Part shown: positions 25,366 to 39,192 of the stretch, one piece after another
How the letters are laid out: each line of letters begins with the position of its first letter
Position numbering within the stretch: position 1 is the first letter of the stretch
NCBI GenBank assembly: GCA_951406725.2
Contig: OX597842.1
Coordinates: 806,001 to 870,000 of the forward strand
Length of the DNA stretch: 64,000 nt
Origin: Octopus vulgaris
Taxonomy: Eukaryota
Reading direction: 5' to 3'
Notes under the pieces: generated by a model
The model's input: only the letters and a program-made list of their open reading frames with translations
Told to the model about the DNA's origin: nothing
Databases searched by the model: none
Translations under genes and position numbers: made by a program

Positions 25366-25653
25366 TAGCTAGCGCGTTGCTCGGGTTTGCATAAGGGAAA
25401 TAACTATAAAAGCATTTTTAGAGAGTTACTTCCCTTATATAAACCGAGCAAAAAATGCATTAAAAAAGCGAAAAAATGATGATAAATTTTTTTTTAAATC
25501 GTAGATGCGCGCTAATACCCAGAAGGGCTCAATATAAATCACGACTATAAGATACCTGCTTTTGGTTAAACTGCACCACAATATGTGGGAGTAGTTAGGA
25601 ATCTAAATCAGAGGAGACAGACTCTCACACAACTTCAGTTTTATATATAAAGA
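25365..25653 (-). mobile_element. Non-autonomous Helitron, second copy
   Basis: Homologous to 14645-15033 with TC/CTAG termini, inserted in (TA)n. Confidence 0.8.
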
Positions 25654-25918
25654 TATATATATTTCTGTGTGAGTCAGAGGTTTGGAAACCAACCTACAAA
25701 CAGATAGTACCTGTCCAATATACTGCTGGTAGTGTGCCCAATTATTCGTACCCAAGTGCTGGTTATTGCATGCCAATCTCGCAACTGAGTGTCATATACG
25801 GGTGGGGGTAAAAAGTGGTTTACCCTTAATTTATTTACCTTATTTGCTATCATCATCATCATCATCATCATCATCATCGTTTAACATCTGCTTTCCATGC
25901 TAGCATACGTTGGACAAG

Positions 25919-25964
<46 letters not shown>

Positions 25965-26190
25965 GTAAATGTAATGCATGACAATTATTCGGTAGCCATG
26001 TTAAAACCTCCTCAATTTACATAATATCGAGGTCTCTTTCATTCTTTTGTTGTCTTACCATTTTTATCAATATATATATATATATATATATATATATCTG
26101 ACTGGCCTGGTGCAGCCCGGCTTGCCAGACCCAGTTGAACCGTCCAACCCATGCTAGCATGGAAAGCGGACGTTACGATGATGATGATGA

Positions 26191-26235
<45 letters not shown>

Positions 26236-26334
26236 CTGGAGTAAACACATAAATGTGAAACAAGGTGGAAAAAAGAGTACTCAAATACCAGGGGTAGAGT
26301 AATATGCTTTATTTAAAAGCAGCAAGAAATTCAA

Positions 26335-26383
26335 CAAAACCTGTTACTCGGAGTTTCACGTTCCCGTTCGTCAGACAGTTTTG
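26335..26383 (-). ncRNA. Minimal type I hammerhead ribozyme, canonical core
   Basis: Reverse strand: CAAAACTGT-CTGACGA-ACG(GGAA)CGT-GAAA-CTC(C)GAG-TA-ACAG(G)TTTTG. Confidence 0.88.
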
Positions 26384-26510
26384 TTAAAAATTGAACCGAT
26401 ATAACAACTCTATCAAGAATAGTATAAACGTTACACCTTTAAAAATGGACTTTTAAAGGTGTAATGTTTATACTATTCTTGATAGAATTGTTATATCGGT
26501 TCAATTTTAA

Positions 26511-26559
26511 TAAAACTGTCCGACGAACGGGAACATGAAACTCCGAGTAACAGGTTTTG
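26511..26559 (+). ncRNA. Hammerhead motif, inverted copy (U4C, stem II mismatch)
   Basis: aaaactgt-CCGACGA-acg(ggaa)cat-GAAA-ctc(c)gag-TA-acaggtttt. Confidence 0.65.
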
Positions 26560-26584
26560 TTGAATTTCTGCTGCTTTTAAATAA

Positions 26585-26633
<49 letters not shown>

Positions 26634-26959
26634 AATAACCTCTATTAAGTAATTCAATTGATAGTAAAAGATATTATCTATATAATATCATATAGAAAGA
26701 ATTTAAATATATTATAATAAATATTATTCTAAAAATCACTAAATTAAATAAACATATGTATGTATTTAGAAATTAAGAAAATCGTGAATAGAGGGGAATA
26801 GCTGTGAAAGCAGCTTAAGAAATGCAGGTAAAAATACTGCTATAAATGGAAAAAGTGGCCAACTAACAGAGTTTTCTGTGTAAGGAGATATTTTAATTTC
26901 TAAAAAATTATATATGACTCACTCAGCGCTTCAATGCTTCTTCATAAAATTGTTTTATT

Positions 26960-26970
26960 ATGTATGCGTA

Positions 26971-27038
<68 letters not shown>

Positions 27039-27095
27039 CATATATATATACATACATATATATATACATACATATATATATACATACATATATAT

Positions 27096-27138
<43 letters not shown>

Positions 27139-27263
27139 CATATATATATATATACATATATATATATACATACATATATATATATACATACATATATATA
27201 TATATATACATATATATATACATACATATATATATATATACATACATATATATATATACATAC

Positions 27264-27296
<33 letters not shown>

Positions 27297-27301
27297 CATA
27301 C

Positions 27302-27368
<67 letters not shown>

Positions 27369-27390
27369 CATACATATACACACACATATA
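26960..27390. repeat. (TG)n + long (TA/TACA)n microsatellite
   Basis: Direct inspection. Confidence 0.95.
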
Positions 27391-28338
27391 TTTTCATATT
27401 TATATGTCTATAGAGAGAGGAGACAGAGAAGCATATGAGAAATATTGATCTGCCTCGACAAATTTCACCTGAGCCATGAAAAAATAGAAAAGTGGACGAT
27501 AAAACAATAATGATGATGATGATGATGCTGACAATGATGATAATGATGATATTCTAGGATCATGGGTGATGTCCTTCCCCCTCAGACAAATCAATAAAAA
27601 AAACCCAAACAAAACAAAAAGAACCAGAAAGGAAAACAAACCCAATCTTTGTTAATAGTGGAGAAACTACAAGAGTATTTTATCTGAGCAGCTGTAACTA
27701 AACTTTATGTTGTTTTCGTTGAATATTTCATTGTAGTTGTGCGTTATGTGGAATTGATTGCTTATCTGGTACAGGAAGTTGCTAGCGATATCAGAAAGTC
27801 ATATTCGTATGGTATGGAGAAGAATCATACCAGATGTATATAAAAATATTGAAACCTTAATATATATTATTGAACACATTAATTCTGTCTTCTCTCTCTC
27901 TCACCTCTTGCCAATGTCTTATCAAAAACATTCAGTTTTGTAGTTCCACTCTCCAAACACAGCCCTATACAATATTCTTGTTCCTTTCAGATTTGTCTTG
28001 GAGGAATATCTGACTTTCACTATACAGTAGGATGTGTGTGTGTGCAAGTACGTGTTAGGTGTGTTAGAGTTGTGTGTGTGTTTATTAGTTTGTTGGTGTG
28101 TGTAGTTAGGTGCGAACACATAAAGACAAAGATACGTATGACAAGTGTATACATGCGTTTATGTACATCAGCATCATCAATAACAACAACAACAAGAATA
28201 GTAGCGGTTATGTAAGTAACAAAAAATAATACTAAGGAAGGAGAATATATATATACATACATATATAAACAAGGGTACAAAGTAGTACCAGGTTTTAATT
28301 GCAAATGGGCTGCTTATATTATGATATATTTAATATAT

Positions 28339-28373
<35 letters not shown>

Positions 28374-28895
28374 GATGGATAGATGGATAGATAGATATAG
28401 ATCGATAGGTATAGATAAATAGGTATAGATAGATAGATTGTTAGACAGACAGACTGATAGATAGATAGAGTGAGAGAGAGAAAGAGAGAGAGATAGACAG
28501 ACATATAGATAGATATCTATAAATTTAGAAACACATATACGCACATGAATATTGCTATACAAATACAAGTGTCTATAGCAACATATATCCTGTTATAGAT
28601 ACGTACATGTATGTATGTATGCAAGTGTGTGTATGTATGTATGTATGAATGTATGTGTGTGTGTGTATGTATTTATGTATGTATGTATGTATGCATGTGT
28701 GTATATATGTATGTGTGTATGTATGTATGTATGCATGTATGTGTGTGTGTGTATGTGTGTGTGTATGTATGTATGTATGTATATATGTAGGTATGTATGT
28801 ATGTATGTGTGTATATATGTATGTATGTATGCAACTCACATATAATTTTTATGATGCTGTACATACACTGCTGACTTGTACATATACATATCTAT

Positions 28896-28927
<32 letters not shown>

Positions 28928-29287
28928 ACATACACGTGTGCACACATAAGACTGCAACAAGTATACATGTTTCACAAAGTCAGAGCTAGCTTATTAGCCG
29001 TATCACAAAACACGACATACACATATACACACACATATGACAACATGTTGCATATAAATTCTCACACACACACATACACACACACACACACATACATACA
29101 TACACACACACACACATACATACATACATGCATAAATACATACATACATAAATACATACATAAATAAATACATACATACATACATATATCAATGAATGTA
29201 TTTATACAAGTGTATGTATATATATATATATGTATATATATGTATGTATGTATGTGTATGCGTGTGTGTGTGTTTCTGATTTCACAG

Positions 29288-29387
29288 TAGTCTTGAAGAG
29301 GCCCCAAAGGCATATTTTTGTCCAAGAATCAGAACTGCTGATGGTGAACGCTTTTATGGAAAAGGTCGCTCAGTGTTAGTGTATAAT
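29288..29387 (+). CDS. Candidate internal exon of an unidentified gene
   Basis: Acceptor tttctgatttcacAG and donor aat|GTAAGA, with open frame SLEEAPKAYFCPRIRTADGERFYGKGRSVLVYN in a unique-sequence island. No homology recognised. Confidence 0.3.
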
Positions 29388-29840
29388 GTAAGATTGTAGT
29401 TTTGTATAGGAGGACAGATGTAGCGGGGTGGGGTGGGGTGGGGTGGTGGGGAGGGGTGGAGGTGAGAGGAAGGGGGAAGTGGGGGGAAACGGTGGTGACG
29501 CCGATGGTTGTGATTGTGGTGTTGGTGGCGGCGTTGGTTGTGGTGTTGGCTGAAGTGGAGTGGTAGGGAGAGGGGGAGAATGTGGAAGGAAGGAAGAGCA
29601 AGACAAGAGGGGCAGGGGCGGGTCCTGGGGAGGGGGAGGAGGGAAGCGTGTAAGAGTATGAAAGGAATGAAAAGCGAGTGAGAGAAAGAAAGAAGGAAAG
29701 AAAGAAAGAAGGTAAGGATGGAAGGAAGAAGGTAAGGAAGGAAGGAAGGTAAGGAAGGAGAGAAAGAAGAGAAAGGTGTAAGGAATAAATGAGCAAGGAA
29801 GACTTAAGGAATGGAAATTCATTCATTCACATATATAGAT

Positions 29841-29883
<43 letters not shown>

Positions 29884-30134
29884 CATAACATACACACACA
29901 TGCATATATATATATACACACACACATATGTACATATATATATATATATACACAGGTACACACATATATATATATATATACATTTATATATATACACACA
30001 GGTACACACATACATATATATATATACACACACACATACATACACACACATACATACATACATACATATACACATACACGAATACATACATACACACATA
30101 CATATATATACATACACACAGAGATATGTGTGTG

Positions 30135-30170
<36 letters not shown>

Positions 30171-30332
30171 TATATATAGATGCACATACAGACATACATA
30201 TATGCACGTAGATGCATACAAAGAGACGGACAGACAGACAGACAGACGAACAGAATCAGTGAGAATGTGAGAAGCAGAAAAGTGAAATAGAGAGGAAGAA
30301 GGAGAGAGTGTTGGAGAAACAGTGTGTGTGTG

Positions 30333-30373
<41 letters not shown>

Positions 30374-30599
30374 AGAGGGGTTGGTTTGGCAAAGTGCTTG
30401 TGTATTATATGTTCGGTGTTAAGTAATGCAGTGAGATCTTTGAGTTAAAGGAAAATTGGTAAAGGAACCGGTGGGGTGGGGCAGGGGTGGACTGTCTGTT
30501 ACCATATTGCCTGGAGAAGAATTTGCGAAGAGAGAAGGGGAGATTGAGAAAGAGAGAGAGAGGGGGAGAGGGAGAGAGAAAGAGAGAGAAAAAGAGAGA

Positions 30600-30718
30600 G
30601 ATGTAGATAAACAGACAGGCAGAGAGATAGACTGACAGACAGGTAGACAAGTAGATAAATAGACAGGTAGATAGGTAGGTAAACAGACAGGTATGTATGC
30701 AGATAGGTAGGTAGATAT

Positions 30719-30798
<80 letters not shown>

Positions 30799-30961
30799 GT
30801 AGATAGATAGGTAGATAGATAGGTAGATAGATAGATAGATCGATAGGTAGATAAGTAGGTAGGTAGGTAGGTAGGTAGGTAGGTAGATAGATAGATAAGT
30901 AGAATAGATAGATAGATAAATAGATAGAGATAGATAGATATAGATAGATAGATAGTGAGAG

Positions 30962-31035
<74 letters not shown>

Positions 31036-31075
31036 GTGTATAAATAGACTGCTAGCTATCTAGATAGATTGATAG
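30600..31075. repeat. (GATA)n/(GGTA)n tetranucleotide microsatellite
   Basis: Direct inspection. Confidence 0.95.
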
Positions 31076-31739
31076 ACTAAAGGAGAAAGAAGTGGGGGAT
31101 GGAATGAAAACAGTGATGGGATGATGGAGAGAGAAAGAGAGTGGGTAGCTAAGAGAGGAAGAAAGAGACAAATAGATAGAGAGGGTGGAAGATATAAAGA
31201 AAGACTGAGGTAGAAAGAGGAAAAGATAGAGTGGGCAGCTCTATATAATACATACATACATATACACACATATATATATATGCACAGAGAGAAGGAGAGA
31301 GAGAGAGTGTGTGTGTGTTTGATAGAGAGAGAGAATGGGTGATGTCCTTGACATCAATGAATGTCATGACATCTTAGAGAATGGGGAAGGGAATGGTGGA
31401 ATGAAAATAAATGACCGCAGCAGCAGTGGTAGTAGTAGTAGTAGTAGTAGTAAATGCAGAAGACATTGTTAATAATGGGTGTGAAAAGTTTATGTTGTGT
31501 AGTATAAAGAAAGAATAGTATCGACAGCCAAAGATACCCAAAAAGTGACTGAAACAGTGGAAGAATTCAAAGAGAAAAGGAAGAACAACAGAATAAACAA
31601 ATGGAAAGAAATGGAACTGCATGGCCAAAACTTGCAAGAAACCGAGAATGTAGGAAGTGAAGATTGCTGGCTGTGGTCGAGGGGTTGGAACTTGAAATGA
31701 GAAACAGAAACACTAATTATAATTACATAGGTGGAAGCC

Positions 31740-32345
31740 TTAAGAACAAATCTGAGAAAGGCAAAGATGAACAAAACTCATCAGTGAGTGCAGTGTGCTA
31801 GCATAAAAGGAGTATAAATGCAGATATGACTGTGCAGGCAAAAGGCTGGGGTGTTAACTGAGTGTGTGGTTTCAAAAGAACAGAAAAATGGCAGGGACAT
31901 GAACAAGAGGCTGTGATAGAACATGGGATTTAGAAGAACTTGTGTGACTTCACCATAAACCTGAACATACTACTGAAGCAACAAGAGCAGATATAATTGC
32001 AAAGGAGAAAGTTGGCAAACTCTGAGAACATAGGTTTTATAATTTCTTATGATAGCAGAGTCAACACCAAAGAAATTGAAAAAAAACCCAGAGAGCTGGA
32101 GAGACTCTGGAAGACTAAATCAACAATTATTCAGGTAGTAATTGGTGTTCTTGGCACAACACGCAAAATGCTACCTAAAAGAGTGAAAAAGGTTGGAATT
32201 GAAACTTGCATTGTTGACTCACAGAAAAGTACCATCCTACATTCTGCAACAATCTTCAGGAAGACCCTTGAGATTTGAGAAGTTGCTGTCACCAAACAAT
32301 CAAGAAAAAATACATGTTAACTAAATTAGTATGCACTGGCAGAGC
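31740..32345 (+). pseudogene. R4/Dong-like LINE 3' fragment (zinc knuckle remnant + RLE C-terminus) abutting (TAA)n
   Basis: Degenerate LISECSVLA..EYKCRYD, then DSRVNTKEIEK..ELERLWKTKSTIIQVVIGVLGT..QKSTILHSATIFRKTLEI*, followed by (TAA)n. Confidence 0.7.
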
Positions 32346-32397
<52 letters not shown>

Positions 32398-33479
32398 GCC
32401 CTTATGATGCAGTACCAGGCAGTGGCTCTCATGGCTTCTGATCTTAACTGATTGGAAGTGTTATCATGTACATTGTTTTGTCTTGGTATAAAAGATGGGC
32501 TACAGTAAATATTCTGCTCAATACCACAGATTTGATTGTCAGTTGTTTGACCTTAACCAGTTGAGCCTGTCCCTTATTGGCTGACGATATGTGCATCTTT
32601 GATCACGAGCAGAAATAGTGGGGGAGCATCATGGCCATGTGCTGAGATGAATTTCATTGTGTCTGAAAACATGGGTGTTTCTTTCGTCATCCTTAAACAA
32701 ACCCTATTCAAGGACCTTTTGAACAAAATTCTTACTAGGCCCTATCTGCAACATCATGCATTTTTTACATGGCACAAACACCAGTGAGGTTTGCTTTGGC
32801 ATGGTTTTACCACTGAATGCCCTTCCTAATGCCAACCACTTAACAGAGTGGATTGGTGATTTTTACATGGCATACTGGGTACTTTTTACGTGGCACAAGC
32901 ACCAGCAAGGTCTGCATTGGTATGGTTTCTTTGGCTGGATGCCTTTCCAAATGCCAACCATTTAACAGAACATACTGGGTACTTCTTGCATGGCACCAAC
33001 ACCAGTGAGGTTTGCTTTGGCATGGTTTTTACAGCTGGATGCCCTTCCTGATGCCAACCACTTTACAGAAGTAGACTGGTGCATTTTACATGGCACTAGC
33101 ACCAGCAAGGTCACCAAGGAACTTGCAAGACAAGGTCCTTTGAAGGATTGCAGAGTAGTATTTAGGGACAGGAAAAGGTATTGAGGGCCAATTAAAAATA
33201 TGGCCCTCTCATCATAACTCAGAACCAAAGTAAGAATAACACACACACCCCAAAAAAAAAAAAAAGAATAGAATTCAAGAAAAAGAAAAAAAAAAAACAA
33301 GAATAGCTAAATGACAAACAACAAACTTCTTCCAAATTGTCAGGGAATGAAAGTTAAAGAATGAAAAACAAGAATTAAGAGGACAAGCGAAGAAGCGAGA
33401 ACACAACATTGAATGCAAAATCATAAATTGAATTCTGAAAAAAAAACCAAATATATAACAAAAAGATAGAATAGAAAAT

Positions 33480-33481
33480 AA

Positions 33482-33545
<64 letters not shown>

Positions 33546-33700
33546 TTGTTAATGATGATAGATTGAAAATGGAATGAACAAAATTTATGAATAATACAAA
33601 AAAAGCATTTTGGTGTCTTTTTCTTTCACCTCCCACTACTTCTCTTATCACACCTCTTAAATTCAATGCCTTCATTTCCTTACAATGTATGGGGGTGACA

Positions 33701-33738
<38 letters not shown>

Positions 33739-33863
33739 TAATAATGATAATAACAATAATAATAATAATGATAATAATAATGATAATGATAATAATAATA
33801 ATGATAATAATAATGATAATAATAATAATAATGATAATAATAATAATAATAATAATAATGATA

Positions 33864-33898
<35 letters not shown>

Positions 33899-34613
33899 AA
33901 TAATAATGATAATAATAATGATAATGATAATAATAATAATGATAATAATAATGATAATAATAATAATAATGATAATAATGATAATAACAATAATAATAAT
34001 AATAATAATAATAATGCTAATAATAATGATAATGATAATAATAATAATGATAATAATGATAATAACAATAATAATAATGATAATAATGATAATAATGATA
34101 ATAACAATAATAATAATGATAATAATAATGATAATAATAATAATAATGATAATAATAATAATAATAATGATAATAATAATAATAATAATAATAATAATAG
34201 TAATAATAATAATAATAATAATAATGATAATAATAATAATGATAATAACAATAATAATAATAACAATAATGATAATAGTTTATGACACCAATGTTATGGT
34301 ACTAAGAATGGTAATATGATACAATAATAATAATAATAGTAAAAAGAAGAAGAATAGGAAAAAGAAGAAGAAAAGGAAGAAGAAAAAGTATAAGTAGAAG
34401 AAGAGGAAGTGGAAGAAGAAGAAGAAAAAGAAGAAGAAGTGGAAGAAGAAGAAGAAGGAGGAGAAGAAGAAGAAGAAGAAGAAGAAGAAGAAGAAGAAGA
34501 AGAAGAAGAAGAAGAAGAAGAACTGGAAGAAGAACTGGAAGAAGAAGAAGAAGAAATAAAAAAGTAAAGATTTGAATTTGTGATGAATATGTATGAAATA
34601 AAATTTCAAAAAA

Positions 34614-34652
<39 letters not shown>

Positions 34653-34690
34653 AATAATGATTATAATGATGATGATTGTGATGATGGTCA
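33480..34690. repeat. (AAT/GAT)n, (GAA)n and (ACT)n microsatellites
   Basis: Direct inspection. Confidence 0.93.
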
Positions 34691-34855
34691 TAAGTAAACA
34701 AATAAAAAAAAATCAAGGCTTTGAATTTGTGGTGAATATGTATGAAATGATATTATAATTGACTCGCTCAACTTCCTTCAACAGATTGGAGTAAAACAGT
34801 GTGTATATATATGCGTATATATATATGCGTGTGTGTGTTAATATATATATAGTAG

Positions 34856-35281
34856 TAGGAGTGGCTGTGTGGTAAGTAGCTTGCTTACGAACCACATGGT
34901 TCCTGGTTCAGTCCCACTGTGTGGCACCTTGGACAAGTGTCTTCTACTATAGCCTGGGGTTGACCAAAGCTTTTGTGTGTGGATTGTTTGTTCCTTTTCA
35001 AGCCATGCCTGGCTCATAAGGGCCGGTTTCCCAGTTTCCTTGGCATATAGGTTCCCCCCCTGGATGGGACACTGGTCAATTGCAGGTGAGCTACAAGGAG
35101 AAAAGAGTGAGAGAAAGTTGTGGCGAAAGAGTCAGCAGAAGTTCGCCATTACCTTCTGCTGGAGCTGTGTGGAGCTTAGGTGTTTCGCTCATAAACACAC
35201 ACATTGCCCAGTCTGAGATTCGAACCCATGATCCCTCGACCGCGAGTCCACTGCTCTAACCACTAGGCCATATGCCTCCTC

Positions 35282-35323
<42 letters not shown>

Positions 35324-35483
35324 CGACAGGCTTCTTTCAGTTTCTGTCTACCAAATCCACTCAGAAGGCTTTTGTTGGCCCGAGGTTATAGTAGAGCACA
35401 TTTGCCCAAGGTACCATGCAGTGGGACTGAACTTGGAACCATGTGTTTGGTAAGCAAGCTACTTACCACACAGCCACACCTGT
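34856..35483. mobile_element. Nested SINE cluster: SINE A head (+), SINE B (-, 34985-35283), SINE A head (-)
   Basis: Family-diagnostic motifs as above. Confidence 0.75.
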
Positions 35484-36309
35484 GCCATCTTAACATTCTG
35501 AGTTCAAATTCTGCCAAAGTTGACTTTGCCCGTCATCCTATTGCAGTCAATAAAATAAGCACCAGTTGAGCCCTAGGGGTCGATGTGATTGACTTACCCC
35601 CTCCCTTGAACTTGTTGGTCATGTGCCAACATTTGAAACCCACCTTACACTGGCCTGGAACAGTTAGGTGCCAGGAAGTACTCAATATTTGTACACAGAG
35701 TGGAATATTATTTACCCACTCAAGCTCATATCTGAACCCGGAACCCTGTGATTGGTAAGCAAGCTACTTACCACACAGCCACTCCTGCACCTTTATATAT
35801 GTAATACATATATAAATTATGTGGGACCCATGGAAACTCCACTGAATGAAAAAGATTAAGAGAAGCTATTTAAGAGAGAAAAGATGATATGCATTTTTAT
35901 TTTGCATACATTGTGTTTGTGGTAATGGTGGTGGTGGTATTGGCTGAGGTGGAGCGGTTGGGAGAGGGGAGAATGTGGGTGAGAAGAATGGAAGGAAGGA
36001 AGAGCAAGAAAAGTGGGGCAGGGGTGGGTGCTGGGAGGGGAGGAGGGAAGTGTATAAGAGTATGAAAGGAACGAAAAGCGAATGAGAAAAAAAGAAAGAA
36101 AGAGAGGAAGAAGGTAAGGAAGGAAGGAAGGAAAGAAGGAGAGAAAGAAGAGAAAGGTATAAGGAATGAATGAGCAAGGAAGACTTAAGGAATGGAAATT
36201 CATTCATTCAGATATATAGATACAAATATATATACATACATAACATATACACACATGCATATGAACATATATATACATGTATATATATATAGCTGCATAC
36301 ACAAATGCA

Positions 36310-36590
36310 ATTTGACCCCAAGTACTTATTCTATGGGTCTGTTTTGCCGAACCACTAAGTTACGGGGATGTAAACACACCATCATCGGTTGTGAAGCGAT
36401 GTTGGGGGGACAAACACAGACACACAAACATATACACACAATATACATATATGCGACAGGCTTTTTTCAGTTTCCATCTACCAAATCCACTTACAAGGCT
36501 TTGGTCGGCTTGAGGCTATAGTAGAAGACACTTGCCCAAGGTATCACGCAGTGGTACTGAACCTGGAATCACGCGGCCACTCCTGCGCCT
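36310..36590 (-). mobile_element. SINE A partial
   Basis: Body and deleted head. Confidence 0.75.
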
Positions 36591-36602
36591 TAATTTATAA
36601 TT

Positions 36603-36637
<35 letters not shown>

Positions 36638-36639
<2 letters not shown>

Positions 36640-36860
36640 TTAATCCAAACATGAAAGCACAAAAAAACACAACAATGCGAGGACGTGGAACAAATATAGT
36701 ATTATTGGACGCTCGTGAAAGAAGGAAGGAAGGAGGGTTTAACGTTTCTAGCGGAGCTCTTCGTCGGAAACATAGGAGAAGGAAAGATCCAGAGAAGGGA
36801 AGACAGAGGAAAAAAAAATCGCCAACGGTACACACGCGGTCACAAGCTAGAAACATGTTT
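36638..36860 (-). mobile_element. Small repeat with hammerhead-like core (PLE-LTR-like)
   Basis: Reverse strand gttt-CCGACGA-a-gagc(tcc)gcta-GAAA-cg-TT-aaac. The same family occurs at 39836-39990 and 55640-55748, with a relative at about 22680-22780(+). Confidence 0.55.
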
Positions 36861-36877
36861 CCGTCAATCTATCATGG

Positions 36878-37142
36878 GTGGAGGCAAAATCACGGGTTCG
36901 AATCTCAGACCAGGTGATGTGTGCGTTTATGAGCGAAACACCTAAGCTCCTCGCGGCTCCAGCAGAAGGTAATGGCAAACTTCTGCTGATTTTTTTGCCA
37001 CAACTTTCTCTCACACTTTCCTCCTGCATCTTGCAGCTCACCTGTGAAAGACCGGAGTCCCGTCCAGGTGGGGAACCTATAAGCCAAGGAAACCTGGAAA
37101 CCGGCCCTTATGAGCCAGGTGTGGCTCGAGAAGGAACAAACA

Positions 37143-37189
<47 letters not shown>

Positions 37190-37470
37190 GGCCTAGTGGT
37201 TAGAGCAGCGACTCGTGGTCGAGGGATCGCAGGTTCGAATCTCAGACCGAGCAAAGTGTGTGTTTATGAGCGAAACACCTAAGCTCCATGCGGCTCCGGC
37301 AGAAGGTAATGGCGAACCTCTGCTGACTCTTTCACCACAACTTTTACTCACTCTTTCCTCCTGCATCTTGCAGCTCACCTGTGACAGACTGGTATCCCGT
37401 CCAGGTGGGGAACTTATATGCCAAGGAAACTGGGGTACCGGCCCTTATGAGCCAGGTGTGAATCGAGAAG
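36878..37470 (+). mobile_element. Two tandem SINE B copies separated by (ATT)n
   Basis: 36878-37143 and 37188-37470. Confidence 0.85.
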
Positions 37471-37721
37471 GGAAAAAAAAAACCTATCATGCTTCAACAG
37501 GTACAAAGCCACCACTTCACTCAACACTGCCCCTCCCCTCATTTGAGGAGGCTTTGTTTTGCAAGTTATGTAAGAAAAAAAAGTATCTGTTGATTGATGC
37601 TAGGGAGGGCATCCAGCCATAAAAACCATGTCACAGAAGATGCTGTAGGTTGGTGCAGTCTCTAAATATCCAGATCCTGTCAAACTGTCCATCACGTTCT
37701 AACATGGAAAATGGACGTTAA

Positions 37722-38305
37722 ATGAGGATGATGATGAGGAGGAGGAGGATTACCATGACAACAACGATGAATTTGACAACACTTACAATGATGATGATGA
37801 CGATGATGATGATGACGATGATGATGATGACGATGATGATGATGACGATGATGATGATGAAAATGATGGTGATGATGATGAGGAGGAGGAGGAGAATAAG
37901 GAGGAGGTAGAAGAGGATGATGATGTTGAAGATGATGATGAAGCTGATGATGAGGAGGAGGAAGAGGGGATGATGATGCTGATGACGATGATGATGAGGA
38001 GGAGGAGGAACTAGAAGAGGATGATGATGCTGAAGATGATGAAGCTGATGATGAGGAGGAGGAAGAGGGGATGATGCTGATGATGATGAGGAGGAGGAGG
38101 AACTAGAAGAGGATGATGATGTTGAAGATGATGAAGCTGATGATGAGGAGGAGGAAGAGGGGATGAGGATGATGATGAGGAGGATGAAGATGATGAAGAT
38201 GAAGACAATGATGATGATGATGAAGATGATGGTGACGATGATGATGATGATGATGGTGATGATGACAAAGATGAAGTAAATGATTGTGATGGTGATGATG
38301 ATGGT
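37722..38305. repeat. (GAT/GAG)n low-complexity tract with internal duplication
   Basis: Direct inspection. Confidence 0.88.
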
Positions 38306-39020
38306 AAGAAAAATTAAATCCTGGATTAATTTCTTTTTACTTTTGCATATTTCTAATAACAACAACAACAACAATTATAATTATAATTATTATTATTATT
38401 ATTATTATTATATAAAAAAATAAATAATTAATAAATAATTGAATATTATTATTATTGTTGTTGTTGTTGTTGCAATTTTGAATTCCATTAAACTAAAATT
38501 TTAAAGAGAGATTCTGGCAAATTTGCATTTTTGGCATTTGAATGTTAGAAATGATGAAGAATTTAATATATTCCTGTAAGAAATGTCTTCTGGAATGTTC
38601 TGTGGATGTCTTTGAAACGAAGATGGTTTGGTTGTGGAGGGTAGGGTGACAGAGGAAATGGTGAAGATGGTTAGGATGGGGGAGGAAAGGTAGGTAGGTG
38701 GGTAGGTTGGTGGGTTTGTAGGTGGATGGATAGATAGACAGAAATAGGAGAGAGAGGGAGAAGGGGAACCAGGGAGGGAAGAAGACAGGCAGGGGATGTG
38801 GGGGTGGAGAGACAAACATAAACAAATAGAAAGATGGATGGATGGATGAAGATTATGATGATGAAGACGGTGGTGATGTTGATTATGAGGATTACAATAA
38901 CAACGATGAATTTGACAACACTTTCAATGATGATGATGATGAAGATGATAGATAGATAGGTAGATAGGTAGATGGATAGATGGATGGCTGGATGGATGGA
39001 TAGATAGATAGATGGAAGGA

Positions 39021-39147
39021 TGCTTACCAACCACATGGTTCCGGGTTCAGTTCCACTGCGGGACACCTTGAGTAAGTGTCTTCTACTAAAGCCTTGGGCC
39101 GACCAAAGTCTTGTAAGTGGATTTGGTAGATGGAAACTATGTATATG

Positions 39148-39192
<45 letters not shown>

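Larger units (their letters stand above)
26307..26586. repeat. ~138-bp-arm inverted repeat carrying two hammerheads
   Basis: Arms at 26307-26444 and 26451-26586, spacer atggac. Confidence 0.9.

Noticed and set aside
37188-37250. tRNA gene
   Set aside because: A/B boxes continue into a SINE body and there is no proper acceptor stem, so it is a SINE head
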